This document shows positions 36,556-50,300 of a stretch of 64,000 nt of DNA, piece by piece. The stretch lies in assembly GCF_006345805.1 (NCBI RefSeq), contig NC_043020.1:20894001-20958000 (forward strand), given 5' to 3'. Made by a program: the position numbers and the translations under genes. Under the pieces are notes generated by a model that was not told the DNA's origin, did not search any database, and saw only the letters and a list, made by a program, of their open reading frames with translations. Source of the stretch: Octopus sinensis. Its lineage: Eukaryota. The stretch's first letter is position 1. Every line of letters begins with the position of its first letter.

Positions 36556-36712
36556 TTTACTTGTTTCAGTCGTTAAACTCTGACCACGCTGGGGCTCCGC
36601 GCTGAAAAAGCTTTTAGACGAATGACTCGACTCTAGCACTAATTTTCTTTTTAAGCCTGGTACTTATTCTATTGATCACTTGTACTGAACCGCTAGGTTA
36701 CGGGGATATAAA
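36556..36712 (-). mobile_element. 3' half of octopod-type SINE
   Basis: cttttacttgtttcagtc..gaaccgctaggttacgggga, similar to 8372-8575. Confidence 0.7.
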
Positions 36713-36750
36713 CGTGCGCGCTCGCACGCACGCACACACACATGTGTTTG

Positions 36751-39700
36751 TGTAGGGCCGGATTAATGACAGACGAATTGTAGACAGGAACTTCGCTGCG
36801 GGCTAGCTAGGGAGTTGGTCTGCAGCGAAGTGGATTTCCGGAGAGAGAGGTGAAACAAAATGATGTTTGCAGTGAGCACTAAATGAATCTGAATGAACTA
36901 AACAGAAACAACTTGCGACTTAAGCCCTGATGTGCGTAAAGTAATAAACCTTTGATAAATGTATTCTCGCTTCCACTCGTTTGTTCTGGCCTAAGGTGGG
37001 GGTGAACTATGGTTCACGCAGGCAGAAGTCCAATTCAATATAAGCAAAGGAACGGCCGACCAAACAAAATATTCGTACGTTGTAACGACAGTAGATGAGG
37101 ATACTGCAACGAGGGTGCTGGATAATTTAATCCAACCCACACCAACTCACAAATCCGCCATAATGAAAAACAGGCAAGTGGATACATTCCGACGCAGTGA
37201 ACGAGAAGCTTCAGCCAAGATACTGGAGGAAGAATTAGGCGATTCTAAGCTTTCGGAACTGATGGACAAGATGTTGGCATTATTCCCCTTCCCCACCGGT
37301 GAGTCACCTTTTATGTTTAGGGAAATATTCCTCCGCAAGCCCTCATAACTCAGACCAGAATAAAGGACCAGCGGCAATTAGCGAAGGCAGCAGACAAACA
37401 TTCTTTATCCAGAGTTGTTATGGTCAACGCCATAGGGCCGACCCAGAGACATCGTAGAGTTAAGCAATGACATGTGCTTCTATCACGCAAAGTTCAGGAA
37501 AAAGGCTACGAAGTGCAAACAACCACGTAACTTCGGGACCCCTTCACCATTGACCCAGGGAAACTCCTGGGCCGGCTGCCATTGAACCGGCAGACATGAT
37601 CAAATACTCCTCTATGTCCGCGATCAGAGCTCCAGATGTAGGTTCCTAATCGATACAGGAGCAGAAGTCAGCGTGATCCCGGCGTCAGCAAGGGACCTCC
37701 GTTACAGAAAGCGGAGTCAACATTCAGCAGCCACCAACGGGTCCACAATCGAGGCATACGGTCGCCACACCCTTTCTCTCAACATTGGCGCACAAAAAGA
37801 AACATGGGCATTCACCATCGCCAATGTCCATCTGCCCATTATCGGGGCAGAATTTCTTCGTGCACACTTGTTACTGGTTGATTTGCGAGGCAGACGACTC
37901 ATCGACAACAACACATACGCTTCCGTGTCTCTGGCAACATCTGCACATGCCGTCCTCCGCATAGCAATCGTTTCGCTGACGGAGAACGAATTCTCAAATC
38001 TTCTTGCAAGTTACCCCAATCTCACCACTCCGACTTTCTCCAAACCTACAGCCCGCCGCGGGGTGACACACCACATCTCCACCACCGTCCCCCCGCTAGT
38101 GCGCAACCGGGTACGTCGTCTATCACCAGACAAACTTGCAATCGCAAAGGCCGAGTTCGACAGTATGGCAGCATTGGGCATAGTTCGCTGATCAAGAAGT
38201 CCTCCTGCCCCCAATACCAACAGAGGTTATCGACCTTTCGGAGATTACCGCCGTCTCAATGCAGATATGACACCTGACCGTTACCTCATTCCACACATGC
38301 AGGATTTCTCAACGCAGTTAGCCGGGTGCTCGGTTTTCTCGAAGGTTGACCTCATCCGAGGATACCACCAAATACCATTACAAGACAACGATGTACCGAA
38401 AACCGCTGTGATCACTTCTTTTTGTTTGTACGAATTCCTACGTACACCCTTTCGGCTGAAAAACGCAGCACAATCCTTCCAACACGGTGCAGAAGTCTCG
38501 ATTTTGTCTTTGCATACTTAGATGATATCCTTATTGCAAGCCAAAATGCGGAGATACATAAGAAGCACCTAGTGACTCTTTGATAGGCTGGAACAGTATG
38601 GTTTAATAATCAACCCCGCCAAGTGCATTTTTGGTGTGACAGAAATCGACTTCTTCGGACATCAAATCACAGGTCCCGGCGCTACACTCCTGCCAGAAAG
38701 AGTGAAAGCTATCCTATCCTTTCCACGCCCCACCACAAGCAAGGCTCTACACCAATTCGTGGGCATGGTAAACTTTTACCATCGATTCATCCCTTCTACA
38801 GCAAGGGTGATGAGACCCCTATACAAGGTATTGTCAAAAGAAGGTTCAAGGTTCAAAACGACAGGTGGAGTGGGATTGTGCAATGACTTCAGCCTTCGAA
38901 ACCACAAAACAAGCCCTGGTTAAAGTAGCCATGCTGTCCCATCCTCATATGTCAGCTTGGTCTGCACTCACAGTTGACGCATCCGACACAGACATTGGGG
39001 GCGTCTTGGAACAACACATCAACAGTCAGTGGCGACTGCTCGCCTTATTCAGTCGCCAACTACGACTCCCTGAACAGAAATACAGTACTTTTGACAGGGA
39101 ACTACAGGCTATCCATTTAGGTGTCTGCCACTTTCGCTATTTCCTTGAAGGCCGTACGTTTACAGTATTCACAGACCACAAACCACGTACCTTTGACAAG
39201 AGCGAGTCCTTGGAGCATTGGTCTGCACGCCAGCAACGACAGCTATCGGCCATATCTGAGTACATCACAGACATCTAACACATAGCCAGCAAGGGCAACA
39301 TAGTTGCTGACGCACTCACTCATGCTATTACCTGCTCTCACACTTACCTAGCCCCAATAGACCTGGATTACGAGGCTATGGCTGCAGCCCAACAGACAGA
39401 TGACGAGGTCAGAGCCTATTGCACTGCCCTCACATCACTTTCTTTGAAGAATGTACACTTTGGCTCTAACAGCACAACCCTACTGTGTGACGTATCCACT
39501 GGGAAGCCACGATCGATCGTCCTATCAGCCTGGCGGAAAAAAGGTTTCGACGTCATTCATGGACTTTCCCACCCAGATACTAAAGCCACACAGCGGCTGC
39601 TGTGAAGCAAATTTATCTGGCACGGTATGGCCAAGTAAATCGGGGACTGGACTAGGACCTTCATCCCCTGTCAACAAGCCAAGGTCCATCAACACACCAA

Positions 39701-40960
39701 AACACCCCTCGGCAACTACGAACCACCTCAGGCCCGATTCAGCCATGTCGACATTGATCTTGTTGCTCCCCCCCCCCGTCACCTTCACAGGGTTGCTCGT
39801 ATTCACTGACTTTGGTAGATTGCTACACCCGTTGGTTTGAGGCTGTCCCTCCCCGCAGCACGGTAACACAAGTCAACCGAGCCCTCGTCGCAAACCGGGT
39901 CGCTCGTCACGGTGTCCCAGACAGCATCTCATCCGATCGGGGTCCACAATTCACCTCAAAGCTGTAGAATGACATGTGTGTCCTTTTTGGAATCACAATG
40001 AACCGCACAACAGTCTACCACCCACAGGCCAACGGATTAGTGGAGAGATTTCACCGCCGCCTGAAGGAATCCCTGACAACCAGACTTAACGGGCCAAATT
40101 GGGTTGATAACTCCCATGGATGATGCTGAGAATGATGCACCACCATGGGTGATGCACCGCCCCAAAAGAAAATCTCAACACTTCCTCCGCAGAAATGGTG
40201 TATGGTGCCCCTCTTACAGTGACAGGAGAATTCCTTCCGAATACGAAGTCAGACCTGGATGTCAAAAGGTACTTCGCTCAACTGAGAGACGGCGTAGGTC
40301 AGTTATCCCCTGTTCCCATGTCGACACATGGTACACCCAGACCATCTGTACCAAACGACCTCCACACGGCTAACTTTGTGTTCGTTCGACATGACACACG
40401 ACGAAGACCCTTCCAGTCACCCTACGATGGTCCATGTGAAATCATACATCCAGAAGATAAATTATTTCAACTCTTAATTGGCGGACGACAAGACAGTCTC
40501 TATAGATAAGTTGAAACCGGCCCATCTCAATATCGAAAGCCCCATTCAGGTAGCCCAACCACCAAACAGGGGCCGCCCTAGGCAGATCACACCAACCCTT
40601 GACAAGGAACAGTCACCAAAGAACCGAGTAACCACACGCATGGACAGGACAATCAAAACACCTTCCCGGTTCGAATAACAGTCAAGAATTTTGGGGTGGG
40701 GGAGCTATGTAGGACAGGATTCATGACAGACGAATAGGAACTTCGCTGTGGGTTAGGTAGGGAGTTGGTCTGCAGCGAAGTGGATTTCCGGAGAGAGATG
40801 TGAAACAAAATAATGTTTGCAGTAAGCACTAAATGAATCTGAATGAACTAAACAGAAACAACTTGCGACTTAAGCCCTGATGTGCGTAAAGTAATAAACC
40901 TTTGATAAATATATTCTCGTCTCCGCTAGTTTGTTTGTGTATAGCTTAACAAAGCTATAT
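36751..40960 (+). mobile_element. Near-full-length degenerate CsRn1-clade Ty3/gypsy element
   Basis: LTRs at 36751-about 36985 and 40708-about 40960; PPT ggggtgggggagcta. Gag LWFTQAE..LGDSKLSELMDKML..CFYHAKF; PR FLIDTGAEVSVIP; RT DYRRLN, KVDLIRGYHQIP, LDDILI; RH VDAS, YSTFDRELQA, FTDHKP; IN SDRGPQFTS, ANGLVERFH. PBS and gag start are deleted; many frameshifts. Confidence 0.92.
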
Positions 40961-40964
40961 GTGT

Positions 40965-41110
40965 ACGACGGGCTTTCAGTTGCGTCTACAAAATCCACTC
41001 AGAAGGCTTTGGTCGGCCCGAGGTTATAATATAAGAAACTTACCCAAGGTGTCAAACAGTGCTAGCGAACCCGGAACCATGTGGTTGCGAAGCAAGCTAC
41101 TTACCACACT
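40965..41110 (-). mobile_element. SINE 5' head
   Basis: Reverse complement of 1735-1885. Confidence 0.75.
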
Positions 41111-41221
41111 AACATTTTTCTGCTAGTGGGGATCTAAAAGAAATAAAAAAAACATTTTTTAATTGGATTGACGTGAGTCCTATACTGATAATTAAATATC
41201 GAAATATAGACTCATAGAATC

Positions 41222-41428
41222 TGTTTCCTGGCTTCAGTGGCGTATATATTCTCCACCTGGATGGGACACCGGTCCATCACAGGATTACTCATTTTTGCCA
41301 GCTGAGTGGACTGGATTGAAATGAAGCATTTTGCTCAATAACAGCACACGTCGCCCAATCCAGGAATCAAAAACACAATCTTAAAATTATGAGTGCAACA
41401 CCCTAACCACTAAGCCACACGCCTCCAC
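41222..41428 (-). mobile_element. Second tRNA-derived SINE family
   Basis: Minus-strand head ggaggcgtgtggcttagtggttagggtgttgcactc..ttgattcctgg; body includes ctggatgggacaccggtccatcacagg on the plus strand. Confidence 0.6.
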
Positions 41429-41594
41429 CATTAAATGTTAAAGTATTCTCGAATACTCTTTGCAACCTATATATATAGCACGCTGGGCAAGTGTCTTCTA
41501 CTATTGCCTCGGGCCGACCAAAGCCTTGTGAGTGGATTTGGTAGACGGAAACTGAAAGACGCCCGTCGTATATATGTATATATATATTCTCTAA

Positions 41595-43400
41595 TTTCAC
41601 TGGTCCCACTCTCGAACTATACGGTCGTTACATTGACGACATTATCGGTGCCACCTCACTCTCCCGTGAACATCTAGATTCCTTCCTCTCTTTCGTTCAA
41701 TCCTTCCATCCTGCCCTCCACTTCACCTCCACTATCTCCAATTCCTCTGTCTCCTTCCTCGACATTTCGGTCAGCATTCATCACTCCACTCTTACCACCT
41801 CCATTCACTACAAACACACAGACTCACACTCATACCTAAACTTCTCTTCCTCCCACCCAAAACACACCAAGCTTTCCATCCCCTATTCCCAATTCCTCCG
41901 TCTACGTAGGCTCTGTAATGACGACCATGACTTTGAGACTCAGTCTCAATGCATAGCTCGCCACTTCATCCTACGTGGATACCCCCTCACCACTATCCAC
42001 ACCGCCCTTGCCAGAGCACGTTCCGTAGACGGTGCATCTGCTCTCTCCCCCCGAACCCGCCCTGTAGTCTCCCGCCTCCCTTTTCCCCTCACTTACCACC
42101 CCACGACCCTACCTCTCCAACGCACCATTCTTCGAGCTTTCCGGCATCTCCAGTCCGACCCGTCCACTTCACACCTATTCCCTAACCGACCCCTCCCCTC
42201 CTTCAAAAAGCCCATAACCTACGAGACCTTTTGGTCCACAGCTTCTTCCCTGACCCTACCTCCAAACCTGGCTCGTTCCCCTGCTCCCGCCCACGTTTCC
42301 ACACTTGCCCTTACCTCTTCAACACCACCCTCCTCACTGGCACCCATCATCGACCTATCGCATCATCAACTCCTTCACCTGCACCTCCAGTAATATCATC
42401 TATTGCATCTCTTGCTCTCTCTGCCATTCCCTGGTCATCGGACAAACGGGACGCCGCTTGGCTGACCGGTTCGCGGAATACCTCCGTGACATCCGTCTTG
42501 CCAACGACACACCGGTCTCACGCCATTTCCGCTCCACCGGTCACTCCTTGCAATACCTGTCTGTGTTCGGTTTGTCCTTGCACAGAGGCCATCCGGATTC
42601 CCGTTTGCGCCGTGAACAGGGATTAATCTTCTCTCTTCGCTCTTTTGCGCCATTTGGTCTCAACTCTTCCCCCCTCCTCATCTAACCTCCCCCGCGACTT
42701 CTACTTCTCTTCGGTCCTTCATCTTTTCACCCCTACTCTCTTTCCCTCCTCTTCCCTTCTTCCCTCCTCTTCTTTCCTCTTTCTTCTTCCCTCTTCCCCT
42801 TCTCTCTTTCTCTCTGCTCCCTCACTCCCCTTCTCTCTCCCCCTATCCTCCCCTCCTTTCCCACCCCTCCTCTTCTCATCTCCTTCTTTCTCCCCCTTCC
42901 CCTTCCCTCCTCCTCTTTCCTCCCCTCCCCCTCATCTCTTCCCATCTCCCCCTCCCCTCCCCTCTCCTACCTCACCCTCCCCTCTCTCTCTCACTCTCCC
43001 CCTCATCTCCCCTCTCTACACTACACCACACGACATTACACATCACATCATACATACACACGTCCAGACCTTTCATACGCACCACATACTCTCTCATACA
43101 CACACGCACCATTATGTTGGGGCGAAGTCATTTGACCCTGTTATCTCCCCTATTTTCGCTCTTGCGTCTCACGTTTGATCTCTGACTTCTGGCCAGAATC
43201 AGATCGCCATGTTGAATCGCTAGCTTTTGCACGCATTTTTTTCTTTCCTTGTTTCTCTCCGTGTTTCTTTTCTGTGTATCTTTCTGTGTATCTTTCTGTT
43301 GAAGAGCGTAGGCTCGAAACGTAAAAGACTTGTTTTATTTATATTCCTGAGCGCCATACTAATACAATTGTTTGTTTGTACTCCACTTGCCTTCGTCTTT
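41595..43400 (+). mobile_element. 5'-truncated C-rich Penelope/Poseidon-type PLE with 3' region
   Basis: LYGRYIDDII, FHPALHFT, VSFLDISV, YKHTDSHSYL..SSHP..IPYSQFLRLRRLC; GIY-YIG SFTCTSSNIIYCISCSLC..IGQTGRRLADRF; then a CT-rich tract and a hammerhead motif. Confidence 0.9.
43291..43327 (+). ncRNA. Minimal hammerhead ribozyme motif in the PLE 3' region (A6 replaced by U)
   Basis: UCUUU-CUGUUGA-A-GAGC-GUAG-GCUC-GAAA-CG-UA-AAAGA; stems I and II pair perfectly and stem III is a short palindrome. Confidence 0.7.
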
Positions 43401-43424
43401 TGTTTATTTTCATAAAGCTTCCCG

Positions 43425-43484
<60 letters not shown>

Positions 43485-43499
43485 GATATATATATATAT

Positions 43500-43790
43500 A
43501 TATTGTTGTATTTCGGAATGGTCATTTTGCCAGTTTAGCCAATAAAAACACACGCACTACATACAAAATGGCCGACGGTTAGTAAGGAGAGACACAAATA
43601 AGAAAGAAGAAAGTAAAGGACCACTGATGCGGTCACAGGAGTGTGACGAAAGAACTCTGGCCGAAATAAGATTAAGATTAATGTAAAAAATAAATAACAC
43701 TGTAGCAAAGTAACACCAAATATATAGTGCGTGTGTTTTTATTGGCTAAACTGGCAAAATGACCATCCGAAATACAACAATATCTGTTTC
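43500..43790. mobile_element. PLE pseudo-LTR-type inverted pair enclosing a degenerate hammerhead
   Basis: 43501-43560 is the reverse complement of 43727-43783; between them cca-CUGAUGC-g-GUCAC..GUGAC-GAAA-GAAC-UC-ugg at 43621-43660. Confidence 0.65.
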
Positions 43791-43826
43791 AACACACGAC
43801 TTCACATAAAATATCTTGCACAACAA

Positions 43827-43905
<79 letters not shown>

Positions 43906-43924
43906 TGTATGTATAATACAGTTC

Positions 43925-44150
43925 TATATTTAAGAGATGAGGAATTATACACATTATTTACATTATTTATATTTGACGGATACTTGTCCTCATCTTGTTT
44001 GTTGTTAACACAACATTTCGGCTGATATACCCTCCAGCCTTCATCAGGTGTCTTGGGGAAATTTTGAACCTGGGTTCTCATTCCTAAAGGGTTTTTCGAT
44101 GTTGTTATTATTATCATTATTAAAGTCACTGCCTGGAATCGAACTCGGAA
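43925..44150 (-). mobile_element. Copy of the tRNA-headed hammerhead element with most of the head truncated
   Basis: Minus strand: ttccgagttcgattccaggcagtgac (B-box), (AAT)n, then gacacctgatgaaggctggagggtatatcagccgaaatgttgtgtt at 44007-44052. Confidence 0.8.
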
Positions 44151-47100
44151 GCTGGAAGTAGATTACGGATAATGATTACAAAATATAGTTGTTTTACATG
44201 AAAGCGAAATTTCTTGTCAGAAACAGCTGCATAAATGGTGTGAGGAAATTGAAGAAAGACGTTGAAACTTCTCTTCTGCGAGTTTAATTTATTCAGTAGC
44301 AAAGGGAGCTATTTTTCGGGGAGAAGTATGATTGGTACGTTCAAAAATGACAATATAATACCTACTTGAAAAAGTAGAGTTAAAGGAATGTATTTGCTAC
44401 GTGCTGACAGTGTACGACCACTCTGAAATTGACTTCAGGTAACGAAAAATGAAGACATGAAGAGTGTTCAGGAATACTGCTTTGAATCTTTAGTAGTCCG
44501 CAGTGAAAAGATGTCGCGTTCGAAATATCATAATGGATGGGTAAATAAGCATCCTTAAAGTGAAACAGCACTTTGGTAGGTAAACAAAGGCTTCATCAAA
44601 TAGAAGAGAGAGAAGGGAACATTACCTTTGAAATAACTCAGAACAGGTAAAGGTAAGCTTGCCAAAGTTTAATGCAGTTTAAATATGGAGATTAAGATTG
44701 TTTGGTATTGGATATTCATCGCGTACAGTGTTCCTAATCAATTTAATAACCGTCGCAGGTGGACAGTCGAAATAGATAAATGGACAAAATCCTTTCACTT
44801 TTATAATTTTCTTTAACCAAGTAATAATACACAATGACAACATATAAATAAATAATAAATAAATAAATGTGAAAACCACTAAGCAATATTCTGTAATGCC
44901 CATATACGAGCATATAGATTAAAAATGTATGGAAGACCCTAGATACAAAAAAAACTATACACATACAATAAATTAGAGAAAACCCCATGTAAACCACCGT
45001 TTTCCCGGTTTGTCCTTTAACGCGGGAGCTCTGGGCAAAATGTTATAGTGCATGACCATCTTTGGGAAATAAGTAATGTGTGTGTAAAGTTCGGTGAAAA
45101 CCAGTTGAGAATTGTGGAAATGTATGCGTTAGTCATTATACACACACATACTGTTATTTATATATACTAGATAATCCTATGCCTGCACACACGTATGCAC
45201 GCGCGCACGCACACACACACACACGCTCACACAGAGGAGAATGTAATTTTTTTCGGAGATATTGGATTATCTGCTTTACTGGACTAATAGAAGTTATGTA
45301 ATAAAAAATTAGTGAAAATCCCGGAATTTACGTATAAACGTAAACAAAATCCGTGAAACAGCCTATTTGTTTGAGTCCGACGACGACGACGACATGGGTA
45401 CAGATCAACATTGATGCTGTATTTGTTTTAGACTCATATCCTGAGACGATTCCATAATCAATTTGAAATATTTTCTCAAAAATAAAAAAAAAGTCTCCCT
45501 GTAGCCACGTTATTTTATGAATTTTTCGCTAAAACCCTGATGAAACAATTTTATTTATTAAAATCATAATAGGAAGACAGAAGCACTCTCGCTATATTTC
45601 AACATCGTAGCACCACAAACGCAATGTGCTTGGATAATTTAGGATAAATGTAGGCAAAAATATACTAAGAATTTTCCCCAAAGTACTGGAGTTGCATATT
45701 CTCTTATTGTCATTATATTCATGACACAACACAGCTTGTGAACATCGATCACTTTGACAGATTAACTTTTATCAGGTAAAAAAACAACAAAAAATACAAA
45801 CCATTTAGCTTTTTTTTTTAAATACAACTGACCATAAAACTTAACTGGTAAACTTAACTTTACAAACAAAAACGTATGTGTATAATTTCTATAACATATT
45901 CTACAACATATTTGACTTTGTAAAACAAAATTATCACAATTGAAGATGACCCCTGAACTTCGAAAAAACAAAACTGAAGTACTCATGTTTCTGATTTAAC
46001 AGCTACAAATAAGCCTATTAAAATTTTGACCTGAAAACTTTCAAACAGATATTTTTCTAATTGAACACGCATTTTTTATGGCAGAACACCACGTTCATTT
46101 ACAAGTTCAGTAATTATTTCCTTCATGGATCTGTGGTATTTTTTTTTATTTTACGACATGAAAATTTCAAGCTGTGTTTTGACTTGTTGCTATAACTATA
46201 GTCAAACTAACTACATCAGCTTTTTAAATCAACTATTAACATAAAGCTGTTTTTTGTTTTCCTTCTAATTGTGGATATAGCTTACTGTTTTTCACAACTT
46301 GAAGCCAATTTTCGACTTCATTGCCGCCTTGCTTCAGTCAGAAATAACAGTACCAACTATGAAACGGCAGCCACCTGTTACGCGAGACACAGCAGCACTA
46401 CCAGGGGGTGAACAAAGGGGAAAATACGTGGAATTACAATTTCTCTACAAAATTCTAGAATCACCAAAATCAAATGACGACTGTAATGGTTTATGGAAAT
46501 AAACTGTCTTAGACACTTTTTATCCGCTATTTCGCTACTATTCTAGCATCCGTTCGACTGCAGTGTTCGTTGTCAACGCAGTAAAACGACGTGATATAGG
46601 TTAGGATTAGGGTTAGGGTTTAAGGTTACGTTAGGGTTAGAATTACGCTAAGGTAGACCGCACGCTAAAGCGGCACCGTTATTTTCGCATTAAAGAAATA
46701 GTCTTATTTCATTTAAATTGTTATTAATCAACTGTTTTAAACACCTCTATCACCAAGCAACAAGTATTTCCTTCTATTTCCTTTCTCTCTGATGGATTTA
46801 TTTTGCATTTAATTTTGATTTATTTGATGTGTGCGTGCGCACACACATTGACATGGCTACAGACAATACATGTAGCTAAACCGTAGAATTTTTACAGTGC
46901 GCAGATTTCCCCACAGCCTACCCAACTTAATATTCATTTAGGACACAGCGGCACGAAGACAAACTGTATATGTATTTTTGCAAGCTATTTATATCATTGT
47001 TCATATCACATTCCCACAGACCCACTTATATGAAAGCTCATGCCTTATTTATTTTCGATAGACTTCACTGTAAGTATGGGTGCATGATGTTCTTCCATAC

Positions 47101-47302
47101 AAGTGCATCTTGCAGGCCTATTAGAAGAGTGCACATGCATCGTAGACATCACTTGAATCTGGTGCACACATACCACGCTAAGTCACATTTTGCGCATGCA
47201 TCATGAATATGTTCCTTTTGCACCTTATGTATGCGCACATGACATTTTCCTGTCGGTTCCTTGGCCGATTCATCGTCTTTATCATTCACTCTTATAAGTA
47301 AG

Positions 47303-50300
47303 TGTAGTGTGATGGAGGAAAAGGACAACAGAAATAGAAGCAACGGGAGAAAGAAATACAAAAGGCTTTATCTCGGCGAAATCAGCGGTCACTCTCACGA
47401 ATTCAACACGTCTTGTCGCTCTGCGCTCTTTGCTGGAACTGGCCACACGTGCTTGCTGACCACACGGGCTTCCTGCCCACGCATGCCCCTTTCACTCTTC
47501 CGCCGGCCCCTGCAAGCCTTACTTCCGTTCACCTCATCTGTAATCTTCTCCACCAACACCACATAGCTCATCACAGCCCATAACACCGCTAACACCACAC
47601 GCCCACCTGATCTACAGATCACTCAACCGCTCCCGAACTCACACCTTAACTGGTTTCATAATCAACCAACCAGGGAGGAGGGTGCCGCTCTCTCTCTCTG
47701 TGGTCGCAGTACGTCCCCAGGACTGGCCTGAGTTCCTGGCATGTTACTGCTGGCTTCATCATCTTGTCTACTGATGTTGTCTTCAACTTCTTGCCTACTG
47801 TTCTTGTCTTCATCTTCTTGCCCACTGCTGCTGGTTCCATCGTCTGAGGCATGGACAATATTCCGTACATCTAAAATGTGGTGTGCCATACCATCGACAG
47901 AGATGTTGTTCTTCGAATTGATGGAGGTTATTGTTCCCTTTCCCCATCGTGATGTATACCGTGCGTTTGGGGTTTTTACCCAAACTTCTTCCCCGACCTG
48001 CACGAAGGCGTGCTCTTCCTCTGCCCCGGATCGCATTGATGCAGTACATGGATGCCTCCACTTGTACCTGAATACTGCCCTGTGTGGCACCGACTCCTCA
48101 GCCTGTCCTGACCTGGGCGACATATTGTACCAAAATACGGCCTTGATTGGTGAAATGTGGCCCCTCTCTGCCATGGTCTTGATGGTACGATGATGCCTTT
48201 CCACCACCCCATTCCACTTGGCCGGTATGCCGCCCTGAAGAAGCGGTTGACCTTCCACCCATCAAGCATTTCTTTCAGCACCTCCGAGCGAAATGCAGTG
48301 CCATTATCCAGAAGCAGTTCATCCACGGGGCCTCGTTCCAGGAATATCTCATTTAACACTTTCACAATTTCTTCTGCAGTCCCCGTCTTCATCTCCCTCC
48401 ATATGGCCAACCGCCCTGGTCCGCAGTCAACCATTGAGAGGTATGTCCCCTGCCGGTAGTGTGTTATGTCCACCGCCAGTCGTCTCTAGTCGTGGTCCAC
48501 TGGAATACTTCCTGCCTCATGTACGCCCGGAGCAGGGTCGATGGACTGGCATCTGTCACAACTGCTAACCACTCTCTGCACGCTCCGTCTTGTTACATCG
48601 GAGTCAACTTTCCTGGCTAGGAACAACGTTCTGTCCACCCCCATGTGATGCATGGTATGCAATCTCCTCAACTCCGAGTCACTCAGACGGCATACTGCAG
48701 CTACAGCCTGCTTCGCATTCTCTGGCACCTGCAACCAGACTCGCTTTACCCTGGTCAGGACGTCTGCCCTGTTCTTCTCGAAAGGCACAAAGATCACGCT
48801 CAGCTTGAGATTGAACTCAGTGGTTAGTTCACGCAGTATCCCAAATCGACGCTTTACCAGCATCTCTGCAGCCCCTTTGGTTCGCACCCTCCACTCATTG
48901 GTGATGACTGCTGTCACACAACCAAGTACAGTGGCCGAATCAGTCCTGATTTCTATGGTGTGCAACCCCCACTTCAAGGATAGGTTCACTCCTTTCAACA
49001 CGGCATCCAACTCCGCCACATTGATATGATTGCAGTCATCCGTCTTCTTGAGCCAGGCTGCATCTTCCACCATGACACCTCCCACTTCAAAGACAACCCC
49101 TATTGCGATGCTACTGGCGTCGCACCATGCAATCCCGCTCTTTGATTTGGGAACATACCAACTGCCCCTCAGTGGATCCTCTGCTCTTACTCTGACCAAG
49201 ACTTCCTGTATCATGTCGGTTGTCTTCTCCCCCACTCTATCGTCCCACTTCACTCCTTCGGCTCGTCTCTTGATAATGCTACATGCTGTCCGGAGCCATC
49301 CTGCAACCAGGTAGTGTCCCATCAGCCTCCCACACACCGAGAACAGTTCCCATCTACTCATGCTGGCGCCCAGTTCGGGGATCTCGTTCCCTCGCCGGAA
49401 CACCAACGCGCCGGCCTTGTCTCTTCATAGCTTGAGGCCCAGTGCAGAACCACCCTCCATTGCCTCTGGTGGCTTGGCGATCAGTCCCAAAATCTTCAGG
49501 TGGCCTATGACTTCCGTTGCTGGTATTACGGTTTCATCCATCAGAATATCATCAATGTACGAATTGGTGGCCTTTTTTACTCTGTCCACCTTTCCCAGGA
49601 TGACCTTGAGAATTGTTGCCATAATCTTTGGCGCTGAATTCAGCCCGAACCCCAACCTGGTCAGACAGTACGCCCGGCCCTTATACCTGACAAGCTGATA
49701 CTTCCACAGTTTCTCAGCCACATGCACCTGTAGGTATGCCGACTTCAAATCAACAATCATGGAGGCCCCTGTCATCTGCCTCCACTCTCGCAAGGTGTCT
49801 CCGCAGACATCCGTGGCCTCGCTGCCTGTATGACATGATACGTGGTCATTCAGCTCTCGGAAGTCAAGCACTGGCCTGACCTTATGCTTTGTGGGCTGTA
49901 TCACCGCCATCAGTGGCAGGACTCCGCTCTCTTCTTTTTCCCAAGGGATCAATATGCCTTCCATAATCCACAGCTCCACCTCCCCCTCGAACTCACTTCT
50001 GGCATCTCCTTTTAGAGTGTAGTGTGATGGATGAAGAGGACAACAGAAGGAGAAGGAGAAGAAATACAAACAGGTCTTACCTCGGCGAAGATCAGGTCTC
50101 TTACGAAGTCGATACGTCCTGTCGCTTCCTCGTCTATGCTCAAACTGTCGCTTCCTCGATCGCCACACGTGCGTCCCACTTGACCGCTTCCGCTTCCCCG
50201 CGTACATGCGCCCTCCAGTCTTCCACCGGGCCCCTGCAAGCCCTACTTCCGCCCTCCTTTATCTGTCGTCCTCTCCACCGACACCACATAGAGTATGCTG

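Noticed and set aside
42645-43178. 177-aa Pro/Ser-rich ORF and the complementary Arg/Glu-rich ORF
   Set aside because: A CT-rich low-complexity tract in the PLE 3' region.
46595-46645. Interstitial telomere (TTAGGG-like)
   Set aside because: Only a few degenerate units, and the comparable tract at about 57870-57910 lies inside a MITE; no evidence of a chromosome-fusion relic.
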